Assembly (NCBI GenBank): GCA_010202845.1 | Contig: CP047921.1 | Coordinates: 480,001 to 512,000 of the forward strand | Source of the DNA: Candidatus Saccharibacteria bacterium oral taxon 488 | GTDB taxonomy: Bacteria; Patescibacteriota; Saccharimonadia; Saccharimonadales; Saccharimonadaceae | Direction of reading: 5' to 3' | Length of the DNA stretch: 32,000 nt | Shown here: positions 17,113-25,490 of the stretch, piece by piece | Layout: the number at the start of each line of letters is the position of its first letter | Position numbering within the stretch: position 1 is the stretch's first letter | Position numbers and translations under genes: made by a program | Notes under the pieces: model-generated | Told to the model about the DNA's origin: nothing | The model's database searches: none | What the model saw: only the letters and a program-made list of their open reading frames with translations

Positions 17113-18912
17113 TCAATGTTTCCTCTCGGCCGCAATGTCATAACGTGCCAGCTCATCATCAATCCCCACGCCAGCTGTCCGCTGTAGCTTGAGCAAATTA
17201 GCATAAATACCGCCCGATTTTGCCAGCTGTTTCGGCGTACCGATCTCGTCGACCCGGCCATATTTTAGCGTCACAATCCGATCCACCGTGGCGATGGTAC
17301 TCAGCCGGTGGGCGATAATCAGCGTCGTTCGCCCCTTCATCAGCCGCTCCAGCGCCTGCTGCACTAGATGCTCGCTCTTGCTGTCGAGATTGCTCGTTGC
17401 CTCGTCGAGAATGAGAATTGGCGCATCCTTGAGTACCGCCCGCGCGATGGCGATGCGCTGCTTCTGACCGCCGGACAGCTTGAGGCCGCGCTCGCCAATT
17501 TGTGTGTCGTACCCTTTGTCAAGCTCGCTGATGAAGTCATGCGCGTTGGCGGCCTTGGCGGCGGCGATTACCTGCTCATCCGTCGGCTCATCGGCGCCAT
17601 AGGCGATATTTTCACGAATTGTACCGGAAAAGAGCGCTGGCTCCTGAAACACCGTGGCGATATGACGGCGCAAACTCTTTTGCTGCACCGCATCAATTGC
17701 CATATCATCAATCATAATCTCACCACCGTCTGGCTGATACAGGCGCATCAGCAAGTTCGTTAAAGTGGTCTTGCCACCGCCCGACTCACTGACGAGAGCG
17801 ACATGCTCACCGGGACGAAGCGTAAACGAGATGTCGGTCAACACTGGTTTTTGCATGGCAGAGGCGTAGCGAAATGAAACATCGCGAAACTCGACTGCCC
17901 CGCGGCTCACAACTAATTCCGGTGCGTGATGGGCATCTTCAATCGCTGGGCGCAGCGTCATTACGCCAACAAAATCCTTACTCCCAGCCAGAGCTTTCTG
18001 GAAATTATCAACGATGAAACTCATGTTAAACAGCGGCATCCGCAAATTATTAATCAGCGTGATCAATAGCACCATATCGCCGATCGAAAAGCGCCGCTCG
18101 GTCGTCTGCACAAAAATGTACGCAAAAATCATAAAGAAAATGACCGACAACACCACGCCGCGCACGATGTCCATGCTGTGCCAGTAGCGCGATTGCTTGC
18201 GCGTAATGGCAATTGTTTTGCGGTAACGCTTGGCAAAATGACGATATTCAAGCGACTCACGGACATAGCTTTTGACGACTTTGATCTGAGCAATGACTTC
18301 GGCAAACCGGCCGCTGGCCATATCCGTCTCGTGATTTTTACGGTTCTGAAAGGCCTGCCACTTCTTGCTGGTCAGCGCCGTCAGCCACATAAATAGCGGG
18401 TACATAATGACCACCATTACCGCCAACTCCAGGCTGTACACCAGAACGATGCCGATGGTGATACCTGTCGTGAGCAGCATCTGGAAAAAGTTATTGGCAA
18501 ACATGTTCAGGAAATTCGTCGTTTCGGTAATCGCGCGGTTCAGGCGATTGATAATTGTGCCGGTCAGCTCGCCATCAAAATAACTTTGCGGCAAGCCAAG
18601 CAAGTGATGATAGTACCGCGTTGACAGCTGCTGCTTGAGCCGCGTGGCCATCACATCACCCCAGTAACCACCAAGGTTTCGCACCATCGTATTCGTCACG
18701 TCAAGCGCCAGCAGCACCAGCGCCAAGAAAATCGCCTGCTCAATTCCCACCGTGCCGCCCTCAACCACTTCGACCATCAAGCTGGTCGCCCGCGAAATCA
18801 CGAACGGTACTGCGATGCCGGTCAGCGCCACGACAACCGAGCTGACACTAACTCCGACGTAGTATCTGCCCATGCCGCGCGCATATCGGAGCATGTGAAT
18901 TAGCGGCTTCAT
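17113..18912 (-). CDS. ABC exporter, fused permease/ATPase (MsbA/multidrug type)
   Basis: 599 aa. Six-TM N-terminal half, Walker A SESGGGKTT, signature LSGGQKQR, Walker B ILILDEATS. The ATG overlaps the pheT stop (TGATG). Confidence 0.9.
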   Translation of the reverse strand: MKPLIHMLRYARGMGRYYVGVSVSSVVVALTGIAVPFVISRATSLMVEVVEGGTVGIEQAIFLALVLLALDVTNTMVRNLGGYWGDVMATRLKQQLSTRYYHHLLGLPQSYFDGELTGTIINRLNRAITETTNFLNMFANNFFQMLLTTGITIGIVLVYSLELAVMVVIMYPLFMWLTALTSKKWQAFQNRKNHETDMASGRFAEVIAQIKVVKSYVRESLEYRHFAKRYRKTIAITRKQSRYWHSMDIVRGVVLSVIFFMIFAYIFVQTTERRFSIGDMVLLITLINNLRMPLFNMSFIVDNFQKALAGSKDFVGVMTLRPAIEDAHHAPELVVSRGAVEFRDVSFRYASAMQKPVLTDISFTLRPGEHVALVSESGGGKTTLTNLLMRLYQPDGGEIMIDDMAIDAVQQKSLRRHIATVFQEPALFSGTIRENIAYGADEPTDEQVIAAAKAANAHDFISELDKGYDTQIGERGLKLSGGQKQRIAIARAVLKDAPILILDEATSNLDSKSEHLVQQALERLMKGRTTLIIAHRLSTIATVDRIVTLKYGRVDEIGTPKQLAKSGGIYANLLKLQRTAGVGIDDELARYDIAAERKH

Positions 18913-21410
18913 CAGACTATTTCAGCGCCCCACTTGTCTTTGGCCGCCCGTTCAATCTGCTGCATTACCGGCGCGATGTCCTTGTCCGCTAACGTCCGCT
19001 CATGCGAGGTAAACGTCAGCCGCCATGTCATCGTCTTCTGCTCCGCATCATCCTCAGGCTGATAAATAGTGAGTAGCTCAAGTCGCACCTCCATAGCAAC
19101 GTCCCGTACAACCTCGTCCAGCGTCTGTAGTAGCTGCTGATACTTGACAGCGGATGGTACTTTGAGCGAGATATCGCGCGTCGTTGATGGATAGCGGCTG
19201 AGTGGCTGATAATGACTGTCACGCTTGGCGTAGACAGCCTCTAGGCCAGCTGTGTCCAAGCTCGCCGCTGCCACATACACCGGTAATTTGAAGTTCTTGA
19301 TGACTGATTGTTTCAATTCACCGACTAGACCGATGAACGTTCCGTCGGTTGTCTCGACCAACGCACTACGCGACTGGTCAAACGGTGCCGTAACTGGGTA
19401 GTTGAGCTCCTCTTCAATTGGCTTGAATACCAGCTCAGCACCAAGCTCACGCGCTAATTGCTCAACCAAGCGACGAATCACATAAAATGGTGCGCCCGCC
19501 CCTGGCTTTTTGGCGGCGTAGACGATGTCTGTAAACTGACTGGCTACTGGCAAGTTATCTTCGCCTAGGCCATGCATTTTGCTGTGGCCCTTGCCCATCT
19601 CAAACAAGGCAAATTCATCATGCCCGGCCTTGATGTTGGCGTGAACCTTGTCGAGTAGACTTGGCAGCACCGCCAAGCGGTAATATTGCAAATCAGGACT
19701 GAGGGCGTTTGATAATTTGTATGCCTGAGCAACGTCTTGCTCGGCGTTTTTCAGGATACGTTCATGAACGAAACTGTAGGTCAAGACTTCGTTGGCGCCA
19801 GCGCGCGATAGACTTTGGCGAACGGCGTTTTTCAACTCACGACGCAGGTTTTTCGGTGCGGGTTTAATACTACGACGAGGCAGTTGACGCGGTAACTTAT
19901 CAAAGCCATACAGCCGCCCAACCTCCTCGACGATGTCCTCGGGTAGCTCAATATCGGTGCGCCAAAACGGGCTGTAGACCTCACAACCATGTTCATCAAC
20001 TTCAACCATAAATTCAGTACGGCGCAAAATATCGGCAATTTCATCGTTAGAAAAATCAGTACCCAGTCGTTCGTTAACAAACTCATTCGAAACACCTTGC
20101 GAGTCAACACGGTGAATAGCATCCGGCATAATACATTCATTAGATGAGCTAGCGTCAAACACTTCACTCGCCTGCGCTCCACCCACCATGCTCATCAGCT
20201 GTTTCAGCACGGCGGCATTTTGGAGCGGCGATTGACCCTTGTTAAACCGCGTGAGTGCATCGGTAAAAATACCGTGTCGCATGGCCGTACGGCGCAACGC
20301 GTACATGTCAAAATTAGCACATTCGAGGATGATGTTTTTCGTGCCATTTGAGACTTCAGTGTCGGCACCGCCCATAATTCCCGCCAGACCAATCACTCCC
20401 TCGCCATCAGCGATGACGATGTCATCATTCGTCAACTTATACTCTTTGCCATTAAGCAGGCTGACTTTCTCGCCATCACGAGCCATTCGTGCCTCAAGTT
20501 TGTGCCCACGCAATTTGTCATAATCATAGGCGTGCGTTGGCTGCGCCGTCATGAACATCATATAATTCGTGGCATCGACAACGTTATTAATCGGCTTGCC
20601 GCCCATCGCCACCAACTGACATTGTAGCCACAATGGGCTTGGCTGCACGGTAACATCGCGAAACGCTACCGCCATGAACCGCGGCACTAATTCTGGCGCA
20701 TCATTCGCCACGGTGAGCTCCAACCCCTCGCCCGCCGCAAATTGCTGATCTGATTTATACCACTCAGGGCTCGTGAATTGCTGATGAAAAATCCCGGCAA
20801 TCTCGCGCGCCACGCCGAGCTGCCCGAAACAATCCGGCCGGTGCGTAAACATCTTATTTTCAATGTCCAATACGTAATCATCCAGACCAAACGTTTCCGC
20901 GAAATTCGCACCTGCCGTAAGTTCAACGCCCACCGGCACGTCGTGTTCATAAATCTCAACAATTCCCTCGTGATCCGTACCAATCGCCAGCTCGTCCGCC
21001 GCCGCCAACATACCTTGGCTAAGCACTCCACGCAGCGGTCGCGCGTCCAGCACGAACGGCTCGTCGTCATTAAAACTCGCCGGCACCGTACTTTTTGGCG
21101 GCAACCAAATCGCCCACATGTCGGCGTGAACATTCGGCGCACCGCAGACCACTTGTACCAGACCGTCCTCATCGCGCGGCACATCCGCGACCGCGCCGCC
21201 ATCATCGATCTTGGTCACGCTCAGCCGATCGGCGTCAGGATGCTTGGCGCATTCAACCACCCGAACGATCCGCGCGCCACCATATTTAGCGCTGAGGTCG
21301 ATCACTTCTTCGACACCACCAAGTTGCTGATTGACCCGCGCCACCAACTCATCCACCGGCGGTAATTCAAAATTAATCAATTGTTTGATAAGATTTAGGC
21401 TGACTTTCAT
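18912..21410 (-). CDS. pheT: phenylalanine--tRNA ligase beta subunit
   Basis: 832 aa. N-terminal tRNA-binding domain (KHPDADRLSVTKID), B3/4 and B5 regions, and a C-terminal anticodon-binding-like domain. Confidence 0.93.
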   Translation of the reverse strand: MKVSLNLIKQLINFELPPVDELVARVNQQLGGVEEVIDLSAKYGGARIVRVVECAKHPDADRLSVTKIDDGGAVADVPRDEDGLVQVVCGAPNVHADMWAIWLPPKSTVPASFNDDEPFVLDARPLRGVLSQGMLAAADELAIGTDHEGIVEIYEHDVPVGVELTAGANFAETFGLDDYVLDIENKMFTHRPDCFGQLGVAREIAGIFHQQFTSPEWYKSDQQFAAGEGLELTVANDAPELVPRFMAVAFRDVTVQPSPLWLQCQLVAMGGKPINNVVDATNYMMFMTAQPTHAYDYDKLRGHKLEARMARDGEKVSLLNGKEYKLTNDDIVIADGEGVIGLAGIMGGADTEVSNGTKNIILECANFDMYALRRTAMRHGIFTDALTRFNKGQSPLQNAAVLKQLMSMVGGAQASEVFDASSSNECIMPDAIHRVDSQGVSNEFVNERLGTDFSNDEIADILRRTEFMVEVDEHGCEVYSPFWRTDIELPEDIVEEVGRLYGFDKLPRQLPRRSIKPAPKNLRRELKNAVRQSLSRAGANEVLTYSFVHERILKNAEQDVAQAYKLSNALSPDLQYYRLAVLPSLLDKVHANIKAGHDEFALFEMGKGHSKMHGLGEDNLPVASQFTDIVYAAKKPGAGAPFYVIRRLVEQLARELGAELVFKPIEEELNYPVTAPFDQSRSALVETTDGTFIGLVGELKQSVIKNFKLPVYVAAASLDTAGLEAVYAKRDSHYQPLSRYPSTTRDISLKVPSAVKYQQLLQTLDEVVRDVAMEVRLELLTIYQPEDDAEQKTMTWRLTFTSHERTLADKDIAPVMQQIERAAKDKWGAEIV

Positions 21411-21428
21411 ATATATCAGTATAACATT

Positions 21429-21935
21429 CTAATCAACTGTGTAGTCAAACACCTTGACGGGAATACCTTTTTCCCTGGCTTGATCAATCGTAAACGTCGT
21501 GCCAGGACTATCGTTGACCCGAAATGCCACCAGTTCGTCCGCCAGAGCGACAATTTGGCAATTACGCGCATGAAATGAATCAGCGTTAACTTCATTAAAA
21601 TCAGTAGCATCGCACAGCACTCCAAGTCGATATTTGGCGATGTCTCGCAGAAGATCGACCGTCGCGACCGCATCATCCTGGCGACATTTGCCGCCAGCCG
21701 CTCGGCTATACAATGCTTGGCAATATAGCTCCAGATCCACTGGCAAAAATATCTGAAACCGTGCCGCTTCCAAACCACATTCATACGCCAGCCGCGCCGC
21801 TTCGTGATCAGCACCAGTAGCGCCACCCGACACAATTCCATTACCATCGGCAATCTTTTGACCAACAAAATGCTCAATGTCACGGCGAATTGTGTCATTT
21901 ACTTCACGCGTACCGACAACTCCGAGCCACTTCAT
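21429..21935 (-). CDS. SLOG/DprA-like Rossmann-fold protein (DUF2493-like)
   Basis: 168 aa. The SGGATGADHEAARLAYECG motif resembles the GGAxGAD signature of the SLOG/DUF2493/DprA-type fold. Assignment is by motif recognition only. Confidence 0.5.
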   Translation of the reverse strand: MKWLGVVGTREVNDTIRRDIEHFVGQKIADGNGIVSGGATGADHEAARLAYECGLEAARFQIFLPVDLELYCQALYSRAAGGKCRQDDAVATVDLLRDIAKYRLGVLCDATDFNEVNADSFHARNCQIVALADELVAFRVNDSPGTTFTIDQAREKGIPVKVFDYTVD

Positions 21936-21964
21936 AGTTCGCCCCGTTGGTTAAAGTTAAAATA

Positions 21965-22420
21965 TTACCCTTGAGCAGCAATGATCTGCGCCTGAATCCG
22001 GTTTAGTTCGGCCTCATCCATCTTTGGCCCCTCGGTCGTCGTCAGCCAACCACGATAGCTCTCGTGAAACTCTGCGTTCTCTGCCCAGACATCAGTCCGC
22101 CCTGCCAAGTCACCGTGCAGCGGATACAGCTTAGCATGCACATGCGCCACGCCCGTCCCCTCGAATACCAGCGCTACCCGCGGTGTATCAAACGCGCGCT
22201 CCAGCAGCCGCGCCACCTGGCGCACTGCTCGCATAAACTCGAGGTACAGCGTCTCGTCAATCGCAAAAATATAATCACCCGGATTATGCTTTGGAATGAC
22301 CACTGTCACCCCCGGGGTATTTGGAAACGGCGTGAGAAACGCCAGAAATTGCTCGTCCTCCCAAACCTTCCATGATTTTACGGTGCCTGATACAATGTCG
22401 TCGAAAATTGTATGGTTCAT
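21965..22420 (-). CDS. HIT (histidine triad) family protein
   Basis: 151 aa with histidine triad GVAHVHAKLYP. AAGGAG SD upstream. Confidence 0.85.
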   Translation of the reverse strand: MNHTIFDDIVSGTVKSWKVWEDEQFLAFLTPFPNTPGVTVVIPKHNPGDYIFAIDETLYLEFMRAVRQVARLLERAFDTPRVALVFEGTGVAHVHAKLYPLHGDLAGRTDVWAENAEFHESYRGWLTTTEGPKMDEAELNRIQAQIIAAQG

Positions 22421-22646
22421 AGTTACTCCTTTTAAGATAATTATAGCAAATAATTTTAAGCTAAAGCAAAATTACTTAACACTGCGCAAGCACTAATAGT
22501 TGTATTATCTCCTAAAACTACTAGCATGCCGCGATCTTCCCCTGAAAGCGCTACAGAACTTTTGGTTCATGGAGCTAATTACGATCACGTCATTTTAATT
22601 TTACATATACGGCGCCATGATTTTACTGGAATTTTTGTAAAATCAC

Positions 22647-22675
22647 TTGACTTAGCAATCTGGTATTGATATATA
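22647..22675 (+). promoter_or_regulatory. strong sigma70-like promoter: TTGACT-17 nt-TATATA with TGn extension
   Basis: -35 at 22647-22652 and TGATATATA at 22667-22675. The 11-mer TGATATATATC is identical to the promoter at 11461-11471. Confidence 0.6.
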
Positions 22676-22730
22676 TCAGCTTTTTACGTAATTCCGCGTA
22701 TCAAGCAAGTGCTAGTAGAAAGGGGTAGTC

Positions 22731-22946
22731 ATGGGTGGCTACCAGGACGGTGATCGTTGGGTTGACCCGGATGGAACTTCTCACACGGTCAATTCGACCA
22801 ACGATCCCAATGTTCCGGGTGGATACTACTACAACCAGCACGGCCCTGACGGCCACGCAACGGCCGTCTACAACTCTGACGGAACGTTCGCCAATGTGGC
22901 GGCGAATCGCGACTGGGTCGAAGTGCCGCGCCAAGACCAGGACTAG
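22731..22946 (+). CDS. small hydrophilic G/D/N/Y-rich protein, unknown function
   Basis: 71 aa with an AAAGGGG SD 5 nt upstream. YD-like repeats (GGYYYNQHGPDGH, AVYNSDGTF). No signal peptide or TM. It is a GC-rich patch in which three other frames are also open, so the frame choice rests on the SD. Confidence 0.5.
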   Translation: MGGYQDGDRWVDPDGTSHTVNSTNDPNVPGGYYYNQHGPDGHATAVYNSDGTFANVAANRDWVEVPRQDQD

Positions 22947-23029
22947 TCTGAGCTAGTTGGTCCCTCGCAGACCTCAGCATGTCTGCGTGTGCCCTTGGCA
23001 CAAAACAAAAACTGCTCTATTCTTGTATT

Positions 23030-23464
23030 ATGAGACCTACTGATGAAATCGCCACTGCCATTCGCGCCAATGACCTGCCAACCTATCAGCGCGAACGCTA
23101 CCCCGCTATCCAGGAAGGCGAGTTTGTTCGTTTTGTAGATGAGGATTTTTCTGGCGTTGATTTTGGCCAGTTTGTCATGGGATTTTTCATGTTTGAGAAT
23201 TGCAACCTGGATTACGCAAAGCATATTTACGGGCAACCAATTTGTTTTAAGAATTCATCAGTTCAGAGCGTAGATTTTCGCGGCGTCAAAGCTATTATTG
23301 AGACAGGGGGCTGTGACTTTCGCGGCATGAAATATGATAAGGAAACACAATTTGTTTATGGCAGTGGCAAGTTGGCAGCGCGATCACGTTTCGTGAACTG
23401 CCAGTTGGATGATGAGGCACGTGAGTTTTTGGCAAAACAAGGCGTGGAGATCGCAGATAAATAA
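23030..23464 (+). CDS. pentapeptide-repeat-like protein
   Basis: Five-residue periodicity EDFSG/VDFGQ/FVMGF/FMFEN/CNLDY..., with further DFRG repeats. The start is uncertain: ATG 23030 (MRPTDEI...) or ATG 22979. Neither has a clear SD. Confidence 0.55.
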   Translation: MRPTDEIATAIRANDLPTYQRERYPAIQEGEFVRFVDEDFSGVDFGQFVMGFFMFENCNLDYAKHIYGQPICFKNSSVQSVDFRGVKAIIETGGCDFRGMKYDKETQFVYGSGKLAARSRFVNCQLDDEAREFLAKQGVEIADK

Positions 23465-23509
23465 ACCTCTGAACAAACACGATACTGGATGAGAATGAAA
23501 GGCCACCAA

Positions 23510-24073
23510 ATGACCAAAAAGCTACTAGAAATCGAACGCAAACGCCAATTAACCGGCGACGCAAAAGAATTAATCAAGCGATTGCAAGGCCTCGGTTTTG
23601 AGTTAGAGAGCAGCCGCCACGAAATCGATACGTACTATTCTCGCCCCGATGTCAATTTCATGCAGACGGTCGAATGTTTGCGGATTCGCCAGCGCGATGG
23701 TTTTGCTGAGGTGACATATAAGCCTGCGACGACGATTGCGACACATACGAAAAACGATGTGATCATTAAGCCCGAGACAAACCTACCGATTCAGCCCGGG
23801 AACGCGGCAATCGCCAAGCAGCTACTGGCAAATCTCGGTATGGTGCAGCTCGTTGAAGTTAATAAATACCGGCGATCATTCCAATCCCCAGACTTTCCGC
23901 AGGCAACGGTGGCTATAGACGAAATCAAAGACGCTGGGACGTTTGTAGAAGTTGAAGTTTTGTCAGATGATGAGACTAGTGCGCTGGCGATGATCAGCGA
24001 GATTGAGGTCAAACTCGGCCTTGACTCGGCAGAAGTTGTCACGCGGCCTTATCGGGATATTTGTATGGGATAA
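23510..24073 (+). CDS. CYTH-domain protein (class IV adenylate cyclase / triphosphate tunnel metalloenzyme family)
   Basis: N-terminal EIERK (ExExK) signature and C-terminal GTFVEVEV strand. Size of 187-194 aa is typical of CyaB-like proteins. ATG 23510 is preceded by GAAAGG; the track start is 23489. Confidence 0.8.
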   Translation: MTKKLLEIERKRQLTGDAKELIKRLQGLGFELESSRHEIDTYYSRPDVNFMQTVECLRIRQRDGFAEVTYKPATTIATHTKNDVIIKPETNLPIQPGNAAIAKQLLANLGMVQLVEVNKYRRSFQSPDFPQATVAIDEIKDAGTFVEVEVLSDDETSALAMISEIEVKLGLDSAEVVTRPYRDICMG

Positions 24074-24544
24074 TTAAGCTACGTTTTTATCAAATCCACG
24101 CCTGGCCCTACTATCCAACCGCAGCACCACACTATACAAAAATATGCTAACCCCCCAAAAAATAACGCTCAGATAATTACCCCAATTAAAATCATTCCAA
24201 GGATTGCGGGTCGGGCTGTCTGTTGGGTCGTACGCCACAAATCCCACTACGGACATCACGATAATAATCAGAAGTCCGGAGATAATGATTTCACGCACAT
24301 AGCTGGAGCGCTGAAATAGTGATAGCCTCAGGTTATATCGAGACCCCGACGGCAACAACACCAATAACACAATAACGATATACGATGGGATGGTTATTAT
24401 GCCCTCAAATACATCCCACGGGTTAACCTTCATGATATCAGGTTTCACTACCTTCACGATCTCTTGCATACCCAGCGACACCCCAAAGAACAGCAGCAGG
24501 ATGATCAGCACCAGCCCAACAGAACTCCATCGCCTAGTCCACAT
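24074..24544 (-). CDS. four-TM small membrane protein, unknown family
   Basis: 156 aa with four hydrophobic helices (about residues 8-25, 48-64, 85-104, 124-141). AGGAG SD 6 nt upstream, lying inside the end of the preceding gene. 11-nt overlap with that gene. Confidence 0.75.
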   Translation of the reverse strand: MWTRRWSSVGLVLIILLLFFGVSLGMQEIVKVVKPDIMKVNPWDVFEGIITIPSYIVIVLLVLLPSGSRYNLRLSLFQRSSYVREIIISGLLIIIVMSVVGFVAYDPTDSPTRNPWNDFNWGNYLSVIFWGVSIFLYSVVLRLDSRARRGFDKNVA

Positions 24545-25460
24545 TCTTCGCTCCTGCTATGACGCTTGTCGCTACTTTGTAGACTTCATGTATTTTACCA
24601 AACACCTGCTTGTCATATTCTTCTCGGTCTTCGATGCTGCTGTCTGGTAATTCGATAGTATTCTTGAACTGCGGCTGCATGATATTAACCGATGTTACCT
24701 CCATACCTTCTTCAATTTCAACGTCGTAGACCTGCTTTTCGACGCCCGGAAATTCCTTCACATAGTGATCAATGTACGCGCCAGGAGACAGGAACTTACC
24801 CCTACTCGGCCGAAAATCAATGACGATAGTACCAAGTGTATCAGTACGATTATCGATCGAGGGTGCAGAGAATAAACTTTTCGCTAGTTGGCTAATTTTA
24901 TTATTGTGCTCTATGGCTTCACGAGGAACAAATATTTTCGCGGATTTTATACGATGAGCCTGCCTGATTAACTCGATAGCATCTGGATGACAGACCACCG
25001 TCCCGATAAATGCTAGCTTTTCAGAAAGCGAGAGCTTTGTTGCGCAATTGTTTATATACGCTAGGATCTTTACGTTTGTGGCGACGTTTCGGTTGTATTC
25101 TAACGCCATAATTCCCTTGTCAGCATAGTAGAGGAAATGCACTACCTGCACCGGCAGCTGCCCATCGGGCAGCGGATAACGCCTGATGAGATCGTCATCG
25201 TCCCTACCTATGGTAATCACGTTTGATCCGTACACGGCGATGATACCCGCGTAACATTTGGATGATTCACTAGTTTTATGTAGCTTGTCAAACTGCAAGA
25301 GCCGCATAAACGACTCATCATCATTTGGATTGTACTGCCAATTCCTATCGTCCTCTTCAAGCTTCATCAGATCACGGAGAACATCCTCAAACGGATAGCT
25401 GCCGTATCCCTCATCGTCACGGTTGGTGATGTTGTAGAGAAAGACGTTGCGCTTGATCAT
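24534..25460 (-). CDS. soluble protein of unknown family, acidic N-terminal region
   Basis: 308 aa from ATG 25460, with GGAGAG SD 5 nt upstream (the track start is GTG at 25463). No motif I can assign. It starts 30 nt after the pheS stop on the same strand. Confidence 0.75.
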   Translation of the reverse strand: MIKRNVFLYNITNRDDEGYGSYPFEDVLRDLMKLEEDDRNWQYNPNDDESFMRLLQFDKLHKTSESSKCYAGIIAVYGSNVITIGRDDDDLIRRYPLPDGQLPVQVVHFLYYADKGIMALEYNRNVATNVKILAYINNCATKLSLSEKLAFIGTVVCHPDAIELIRQAHRIKSAKIFVPREAIEHNNKISQLAKSLFSAPSIDNRTDTLGTIVIDFRPSRGKFLSPGAYIDHYVKEFPGVEKQVYDVEIEEGMEVTSVNIMQPQFKNTIELPDSSIEDREEYDKQVFGKIHEVYKVATSVIAGAKNVD

Positions 25461-25490
25461 CACAGCTCTCCGGTGAACCTAACGGTTGAA

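Noticed and set aside
22526-22669. 47-aa ORF (MPRSSPESATELLVHGANYDHVILILHIRRHDFTG...) in the AT-rich spacer, possibly a gene remnant.
   Set aside because: It has no SD, it overlaps the -35/-10 of the cassette promoter, and it is too short and featureless to call. It could still be a fragment of a disrupted gene; only a tblastn-type search could tell.
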